Shown here: piece by piece, positions 13,445 through 64,000 of the stretch
Layout: every line of letters begins with the position of its first letter
How positions within the stretch are numbered: position 1 is the first letter of the stretch
Origin: Eledone cirrhosa
Taxonomy: Eukaryota
Direction of reading: 5' to 3'
Assembly (NCBI GenBank): GCA_964016885.1
Contig: OZ024760.1
Span: 15,128,001 to 15,192,000 of the forward strand
DNA length: 64,000 nt
Notes under the pieces: model-generated
The model's input: the letters and a program-made list of their open reading frames with translations, nothing else
The model's database searches: none
Told to the model about the DNA's origin: nothing
Program-made: the position numbers and the translations under genes

Positions 13445-15592
13445 CACCTGCACAGCTTAGAGAGAATATTGACCACAACTACAGAAGCCATGCACCTACA
13501 TAGCTTAGAGAGAATATTGACCACAACTACAGAAGCCATTCACCTACATAGCTTAGAGAAAGCATTGACCACAACTACAGAAGCCATTCACCTACATAGC
13601 TTAGAGAGAATATTGACCACAACTACAGAAGCCATTCACCTACATAGCTTAGAGAGAATATTGACCACAACTACAGAAGCCATTCACCTACATAGCTTAG
13701 AGAAAGCATTGACCACAACTACAGAAGCCATTCACCTACATAGCTTAGAGAGAATATTGACCACAACTACAGAAGCCATTCACCTACATAGCTTAGAGAA
13801 AGCATTGACCACAACTACAGAAGCCATTCACCTACACAGCTTAGAGAGAGCATTGACCACAACTACAGAAGCCATTCACCTACACAGCTTAGAGAGAGCA
13901 TTGACCACAACTACAGAAGCCATTCACCTACACAGCTTAGAGAGAATATTGACCACAACTACAGAAGCCTTTCACCTACATAGCTTAGAGAAAGCATTGA
14001 CCACAGCTACAGAAGCCATTCACCTACACAGCTTAGAGAGAGCATTGACCACAACTACAGAAGCCATTCACCTACACAGCTTAGAGAGAATATTGACCAC
14101 AACTACAGAAGCCATTCACCTACATAGCTTAGAGAAAGCATTGACCACAACTACAGAAGCCATTCACCTACACAGCTTAGAGAGAGCATTGACCACAACT
14201 ACAGAAGCCATTCACCTACACAGCTTAGAGAGAGCATTGACCACAACTACAGAAGCCATTCACCTACACAGCTTAGAGAGAGCATTGACCACAGCTACAG
14301 AAGCCATTCACCTACACAGCTTAGAGAGAGCATTGACCACAGCTACAGAAGCCATTCACCTACACAGCTTAGAGAGAGCATTGACCACAACTACAGAAGC
14401 CATTCACCTACACAGCTTAGAGAGAGCATTGACCACAGCTACAGAAGCCATTCACCTACACAGCTTAGAGAGAATATTGACCACAACTACAGAAGCCATT
14501 CACCTACACAGCTTAGAGAGAGCATTGACCACAGCTACAGAAGCCATTCACCTACACAGCTTAGAGAGAGCATTGACCACAACTACAGAAGCCATTCACC
14601 TACACAGCTTAGAGAGAATATTGACCACAACTACAGAAGCCATTCACCTACACAGCTTAGAGAGAATATTGACCACAACTACAGAAGCCATTCACCTACA
14701 CAGCTTAGAGAGAGCATTGACCACAGCTACAGAAGCCATTCACCTACACAGCTTAGAGAGAGCATTGACCACAGCTACAGAAGCCATTCACCTACATAGC
14801 TTAGAGAGAATATTGACCACAACTACAGAAGCCATTCACCTACACAGCTTAGAGAGAGCATTGACCACAACTACAGAAGCCATTCACCTACACAGCTTAG
14901 AGAGAGCATTGACCACAGCTACAGAAGCCATTCACCTACACAGCTTAGAGAGAATATTGACCACAGCTACAGAAGCCATTCACCTACACAGCTTAGAGAG
15001 AATATTGACCACAACTACAGAAGCCATTCACCTACACAGCTTAGAGAGAGCATTGACCACAACTACAGAAGCCATTCACCTACACAGCTTAGAGAGAATA
15101 TTGACCACAGCTACAGAAGCCATTCACCTACACAGCTTAGAGAGAATATTGACCACAACTACAGAAGCCATTCACCTACACAGCTTAGAGAGAGCATTGA
15201 CCACAACTACAGAAGCCATTCACCTACACAGCTTAGAGAGAGCATTGACCACAACTACAGAAGCCATTCACCTACACAGCTTAGAGAGAATATTGACCAC
15301 AGCTACAGAAGCCATTCACCTACACAGCTTAGAGAGAATATTGACCACAACTACAGAAGCCATTCACCTACACAGCTTAGAGAGAGCATTGACCACAACT
15401 ACAGAAGCCATTCACCTACACAGCTTAGAGAGAGCATTGACCACAACTACAGAAGCCATTCACCTACACAGCTTAGAGAGAATATTGACCACAACTACAG
15501 AAGCCATTCACCTACACAGCTTAGAGAGAGCATTGACCACAACTACAGAAGCCATTCACCTACACAGCTTAGAGAGAGCATTGACCACAACT
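13445..15592. repeat. 48-bp minisatellite, about 45 copies
   Basis: Unit CACCTACACAGCTTAGAGAGAGCATTGACCACAACTACAGAAGCCATT; one frame is open (HLHSLERALTTTTEAI). Confidence 0.97.
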
Positions 15593-17236
15593 GACCAAAT
15601 TGGTATGGTATGAAATAAGTAGTTAAGAGGTCAATGGGCTGACACATGGTGCCTGCCCAAGACACTTAACCTCTCAAGGCCAAGTCCATCTAAGTAGCTA
15701 ACGTGGCTGCTGTCAATCACCGCTATCATCATCATCATTATCACCCCCAACATCATCATCATCACAATTGTCATCACCATGAATTCTTTCACCCTCTCAT
15801 GCCCACATTTATAATGACAAAACCTATATTTCAATTTATTAATTGAAAAAATATGAGTAATTTACTAAAATTATCAATTATTTCATCAACACTTTAGCAT
15901 TTAAACCGGCCATTTCTGGCCAGAATTCTCTCACATCTTTCTGTTCAAACCGGTTGTAACTGCCCATTCATATTGATGTTATGGTATTGTTCTCAAAATA
16001 AAAAGGATCGATCGACTTTCGTCAAATCGGACCGAGGAAACAATGTTTTCGTCGGTCTTTCCAGTTGCTAGTACTATCTATCGATCGCAACTTCAGGTAG
16101 GAGCAACGTGAAATAAAGTGTCTTGCTCAAGGACATAACGCAACGCCCGGTCCAGGAATCAAATTCACTACCTCAAGATTGTAAATCCAATTCTGTTAAC
16201 CACTCAGCCACACGCCATAGATTTGATATTATGTGAGATAATTATGTGTGATAAAGCCTTTCCCATGAAAATACAATAGTAAATATAGAGTAATGTAGAT
16301 GCTAAAGGGTTAAACTGGTTGTATCTGGCCAGAACTCTCTCACATCTTTCTGTTCAAACTGGCTGTAACCGGCCTCTCATACTGATGTTAAGGTATTCTC
16401 AAATAAGTAATTTCAAAATCTCATAGATTTGATATGTGAGATAATTATGTGTGGTAAAGCCTTTACTGTGAAAATACAATAGTATATATAGAGTAAGGGG
16501 TGAGAGAATTCTGGCCGGTTATGGAGGTTTAAATACTAAATGGTTAAACACACAAGAAACCACCAATGAAATACTTTATAGAAAGCCAGTTAAACTTATG
16601 TAGGTTTGAGCTGTTAATCTCATTTTTCTTTTCTTCTCATTTTCAATCTATGATTGTAGTTGAGATAAAGAACACCAAACAAGATAAGACTGGTTTCATA
16701 CCTGTGCCTCAGATCAGATCTCTCTACACCTTACTACTGTTCAGATTACAAAGGGTTAATAGTCATAACGATAGACATAACATGTATGACCCACATAGAG
16801 CATAACTGGTTTCACTACATTAGACTGTAGCCAAACTGTGGCACAGCCTGAACTCTTAATGTCCTGTACCACATGAAACCGCATTAGTAAGACATGCTTG
16901 AAAAGTAAGATAATAGCATTACATCACGTAGGTAAAGTTTTTACACTAATACTGCATATTTTCATAGTCATATTATCCACTAGTGAAAATACTATAAACA
17001 TTTGAATTAACAAATGTCCTGTACCACATGAAACAAGATTAGTAGGACAATAGCACTGGACTGCATCACATCATGTAGTTAAAGTCTTTACTCTAATACT
17101 ACATATTTTCACAATGAAATATCTACTAGTGAAGATACTAGAAACATTTGATTTAACAAACCACATGAAGCCACATTACCAAGACATTCTTCAAAATATA
17201 AAATAGTATTAGAGACTAAAGTCTTTACTTTAAACA

Positions 17237-17927
17237 TTAACCCTTTAGTTACCAACCTGGCTAAACCCAGCTCTGGTTGTATGAAATAAAACCACCCATT
17301 TTAAAGGGTTCCAATTTAAATTAAAATATTCCAACATAATTTTATATAAGAACCTTACATTAACTTTTTAGCATTTAAACCGGCCATATCCAGCCAGAAT
17401 TCTCTCACTTCTTTCTGTTTAAACCGGCCATAAATGGCTGCTCATACTTAGGTTATGGTATTGTTCTATAAATAAATATCAATCTCAATAATTCGATATT
17501 ATGTGAGGTAAAGCCTTTACCACGAAAATACAATAGTAAATATAGAGTATCGCAAAGGGTTAAGTTATTATATTAGTAATAAAATAATTAATAATTTTAG
17601 TAAATCCCTCAAAATTTTTCATTAATTAATTGTGTGTGTGTGTGACAGCTCACACCTATGCAGGTTTAGCTGGCCTCCAAGATATATCTTGGAGGTGTCT
17701 TGGGTGATTTAATGATAGGGACCCCAGTCCTATCATCTCATTTCTATAGCTGAGTAAACTGGAGCAACGTGAAATAGTGTCTTGCTCAAGCAAACAACAC
17801 ATCACCCGGTTCGAGAATTGAACTCACAACCTTTCGATTGCAAGCCCAATGCTCTAGCCACTAAACCACATGCCTTCATTAATTAAGATAGTGTGTTTCA
17901 TTAGAAATGCGGTCATGAAAGGGTTAA
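17237..17927. mobile_element. Second piggyBac-like MITE family (M2) with nested M1 and SINE
   Basis: TTAA-CCCTTT ... AAAGGG-TTAA; related sequence near 57079-57670 and 62819-62990. Confidence 0.6.
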
Positions 17928-18532
17928 AGTCATTACTTTAATAACATAGATTTTTGCAACAATCTGTCCACTTGTAAGGATACTATAAACATTTTAAAAG
18001 TTTATAATAGATATTTTTTGCTAAATAATCACAGGATGTTAAGAGTTATTTGGGATTTAGTGGTTCACATGAAATCCAGTATTTTATATTCTTGGTAATT
18101 GTCTTAATGATTTTTGTCAAACTGCTGTGTTTTGGGACATGGTCACCGATGAAGGGACAAACGCAAACGTGTGTGTGTGTGTGCAGGATATTTGTAGTTA
18201 AAAGGCTTAGGTAAACAGTACTCAATCTGTTGCAAGAGAGTTTATTTAGTATAATTAAAATATCATACATCTAAGGTCATGCTTACATGTTGAGTGAAAT
18301 TTTAATTATACTATATATGTATATGTATATATATATATATGGTTTGGCATAATTTCAATGGTTAGGTGACCGTCCTAACACCAACAGGCTAACAGAGTTT
18401 ACTGGGTGTATTTTATTGTAGCTTCAGAATCGGTTCCCATCCCACCCTTGCAAGCAGGGAAAAGCGGACGTAAAATGACTTATCACGGTCCTTCATCATC
18501 TCCTCTGTGAGCTTCAGCGATTTTATATATTT

Positions 18533-18569
<37 letters not shown>

Positions 18570-19643
18570 TAGATTTAACATTAATCACGCTCATATCTAA
18601 ACATTATCTTCCTAAATTTAGCCATAAACAGATGCTTTATTCCTATTTTTACTTGCATAAAGAACTAAATACACACACACAGATAAATACGTGCTGCACA
18701 CACACACTCAGAAGTTCCCTCACTCATATACACATATAGATAAGTATACACTCACACATATACGCACTCTCTATCTCACACACATACACACATTTACTAT
18801 CTCTTTCCCTCTCACACACACATACAAATAAGTATACACACACCTTACTCTCTACAAGGTCATATTCCATCTTGAAAAGGATTTTTATCTCAACTAAAGC
18901 TTTGCGTTTGACCCACATATAGCCCCACCCACATATACCCCCTCCACTCACATGTTCCCCCACCCTCAATCCTACCATCATCACCATCACATCCGCTATT
19001 GGCTATTGACACCTAGCAGAAAAGCTTTCCTTATCAGTATCACTACCACCATTACCACCACCATCACCACCACCACCATCACCACCACCACCACCAACAT
19101 TGCTTTCACTATTGCTATCACCACCATCGCCACTACCACCATCACTACTACCCTCATCACTATCACCATCATCATCAGCAACATCACCAGCACCACCACC
19201 ATCTGTCATCATTTTATCATGATCATCACCACTGCCATCATCATCACCATCACTGCCATCACCTCCACCGCTACTACTAACATCATTATCACTACTACTA
19301 ACATCATCATCATCATCATCAGTAACAGTAAACCAAGGTACCATTAACCTGCATCGTTAGTGCCAAGGGATCAAATTCACATGGATCAAATTATCACATG
19401 TACGCAGTAACAGCAGCAGCAGCAGCACACACACACATACACCAAAACTACTTACCTCAACTAACACCAATCTAGCTACCTCAATTACCACCCATCCATC
19501 TAACTATCTCACCCACCAACTTACCCAACTACCTACCCCCACAACAACTAACTCACCCACCACTTACCCAACTACGTACCCCCACAACAACTAACATATC
19601 TTCAAAGATTTATGTATTGTAAACACCATATATATATATATAT

Positions 19644-19979
19644 ATCATCATTTCATTTTACGTCCGCTTTTACCCTGCTTGCAAGGGTGGGACGGAAACT
19701 GATTCTGGCTTGATCTCTACAGCTGGATGCCCTTCCTAACACCAACCTCATTTACAGTGAGTGTTGTGTGCTTTTTTGCCGTGACACCTCCACGACCACT
19801 TTGCAGTGGAATGATAGGGACCCCAGTCCCTATCATCTCATTTCTACAGCTGAGTAAACTGGAGCAATGTGAAATAAAGTGTCTTGCTCAAGGAAACAAC
19901 ACATCACCCGGTCTGAGAATTGAACTCACAACCTTTCGATTGCAAGGCCAATGCTCTAACCACTAAGCCATGTGCCTCC
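19644..19979 (-). mobile_element. SINE family A, full length
   Basis: Near-identical reverse complement of 12414-12752. Confidence 0.88.
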
Positions 19980-20105
19980 ATTATATATATATATATAGTA
20001 GAAGAGGTATTTAATTTGTTGGAAATCCGACAAATATAAATATAAATGTTTATAACTGATTTAGAGCACTCAACAGTTTCCTGGAGTAAATATTCAATGA
20101 TATAT

Positions 20106-20148
<43 letters not shown>

Positions 20149-20291
20149 TTGGTTCTGGGGCCCAGAACGCAACGAAACTTGAGTACCTGTTTATGTCACT
20201 GTTGTAATTATTTATACTAAACTCGTCCTATGGATTGAGGGCCCTTACTTTTGGATATTTTCACTTAACTTTTACTTCAGTATATATATAT

Positions 20292-20476
20292 AATTGTTTC
20301 TACTTTAGGCACAAGGCCAGCAATAACCCAGTGCATTACTGGTACTTTATTTTATCGACCCCGTAAGGATGAAAGGCAAAGTCAACCTCGGCGGGATTGA
20401 ACTCAGATCGTAAAGGGACGTAACTATGCTGGAAAGCATGGCGTCCGACCCTCTACCTATACTGCCAATCCTCCAC
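20292..20476 (-). mobile_element. SINE family B (Meta-domain-like)
   Basis: B box GAGTTCAATCC plus CTTTGCCTTTCATCCTTACGGGGTCGATAAAATAAAGTACC. Confidence 0.8.
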
Positions 20477-20822
20477 CCATATATATATAATGTTTGTGTG
20501 TGTGTATACATCCTCACCCACACAGGCATGTCTACTTTATGTACTTATACATGCACTTGTATTTATATGCCTTCTAAAAGTTGTCAACTTCAAATCTCTT
20601 CTCCAAAATACATATCTGTCAACATGAAAAAGGACAATAAACTCCCTCCACACCTGCTTCTCAAGTATTTAAATCTTGTCAAAACTTAACTAACAACCTT
20701 TAATAACCACAGACAAAGACAAAACATATTTAACATATCTTGTTTAAACAAGATTTATATTGTACATGATTTATGGGAGAGAGACATGGGTGGTGAAGGT
20801 GGAGCAATAGAGAATAATGGGA

Positions 20823-21066
20823 ACAGAACTAGTGAGGACTGTTGTGAAGAGAAATGGAATGAGACGGTTGGGTCATGTGTTGAGGAAGGATGAAGGTGAC
20901 TGGGTGTGATCTTTAGAGCCAGTGAGGACTGTTGTGAAGAGAAATGGAATGAGATGGTTGGGTCATGTGTTGAGGAAGGATGAAAGTGACTGGTTGAGAA
21001 GAATAGAGCCAGTGATGAATGTTGTGATAAAAAATTGAATGAGATGGTTAAGTCATGTGTTGAAGG
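20823..21066 (+). mobile_element. RTE-like LINE C-terminal remnant, triplicated
   Basis: VRTVVKRNGMR(W/R)LGHVLRKDE.DW repeated three times. Confidence 0.65.
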
Positions 21067-21185
21067 AAGTGTTTAAAAAAAGGTATTAAAAAAAAATTCT
21101 TTATAACGAGGACCGAAACACATTGTGGCCGGGGATTGAAAAAATGTTTGTTACACTGAAAAATTCATTATAACGGAATTTTACT

Positions 21186-21278
<93 letters not shown>

Positions 21279-21389
21279 AGAGAGAGGGGGGTGAAAGAAA
21301 GGAGAGACAGGCAGGTAGAGTGATAGATAAAGAGAGAAGTGGGATGGGTAAATAGGTACAGACCCAGCTCTCCAAAATTTACACACATG

Positions 21390-21605
21390 TTAACCCTTTA
21401 GCATTTAAACCGGCCATATCCGGCCAGATTTCCCTCACCTCTTTCTGTTCAAACTAGTCATAACTGGCCATTCATACTGACATTAAGGTATTGTTCTCAA
21501 AATAAATAACATCAAAATCTCATAGAGTCAATATTATGTGAGGTAAAGTCTTTACCAAGAAAGTACAATAGTAAATATAGAGTAAGGTGAATGCTAAAGG
21601 GTTAA
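21390..21605. mobile_element. piggyBac-like MITE M1 (well-preserved copy)
   Basis: TTAA-CCCTTTAGCATT ... AATGCTAAAGGG-TTAA. Confidence 0.85.
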
Positions 21606-21711
21606 GATAAACACTTGCTGTCATGTTTCATTCCAGTACAATTTACCTGTCTTTTTATGTGTGAACATAGCTTACCTGTTGTTATATATATATATTTTTT
21701 TCTCATTTCAG

Positions 21712-63855
<42,144 letters not shown>

Positions 63856-64000
63856 GTGAGTTTATTTGCCTTTATCTCTTGTTCATCATCATCATCATTT
63901 AATGTCCATTCGCCCTGCTATCATGGGTAGGAGAGGCTGACCCTTTGAGAGAGATCAGGTCACACGGGGCTGATTTGGGCTTGGTTTCTACAGCTGGATG

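Noticed and set aside
1-21711. Upstream SH3 or start exon of the PI3K gene
   Set aside because: No recognisable coding exon by eye; probably outside the window, though a short exon could have been missed.

Overview
Repeat-rich, AT-rich animal genomic DNA. The SINE and microsatellite content resembles an octopus/cephalopod genome (inference). I found one protein-coding gene, on the + strand: a class IA PI3-kinase regulatory subunit (p85/PIK3R family). I traced 20 GT-AG exons by hand from 21712 to 63855 (about 2.35 kb of CDS); the gene is open at both ends. Its domain order is C1-SAM-C1-RhoGAP-PxxP-nSH2-iSH2-cSH2, richer than vertebrate p85 (SH3-RhoGAP-SH2-iSH2-SH2). All splice phases are compatible except the exon at 49276-49475, which has a frameshift. 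The rest is intron-like and holds tRNA-derived SINEs (3 families), CR1 and RTE LINE remnants (two with 5' inversions), piggyBac-, hAT- and Tc1-type MITEs, minisatellites and long microsatellites. Most ORFs in the supplied track are microsatellite artefacts. The least obvious signal is a set of fold-back elements, often beside (TA)n tracts, carrying minimal type I hammerhead-ribozyme motifs (best at 26826, 27129, 54163, 54417), as expected for Penelope-like/retrozyme remnants. No start codon or upstream exon was identified in 1-21.7 kb.
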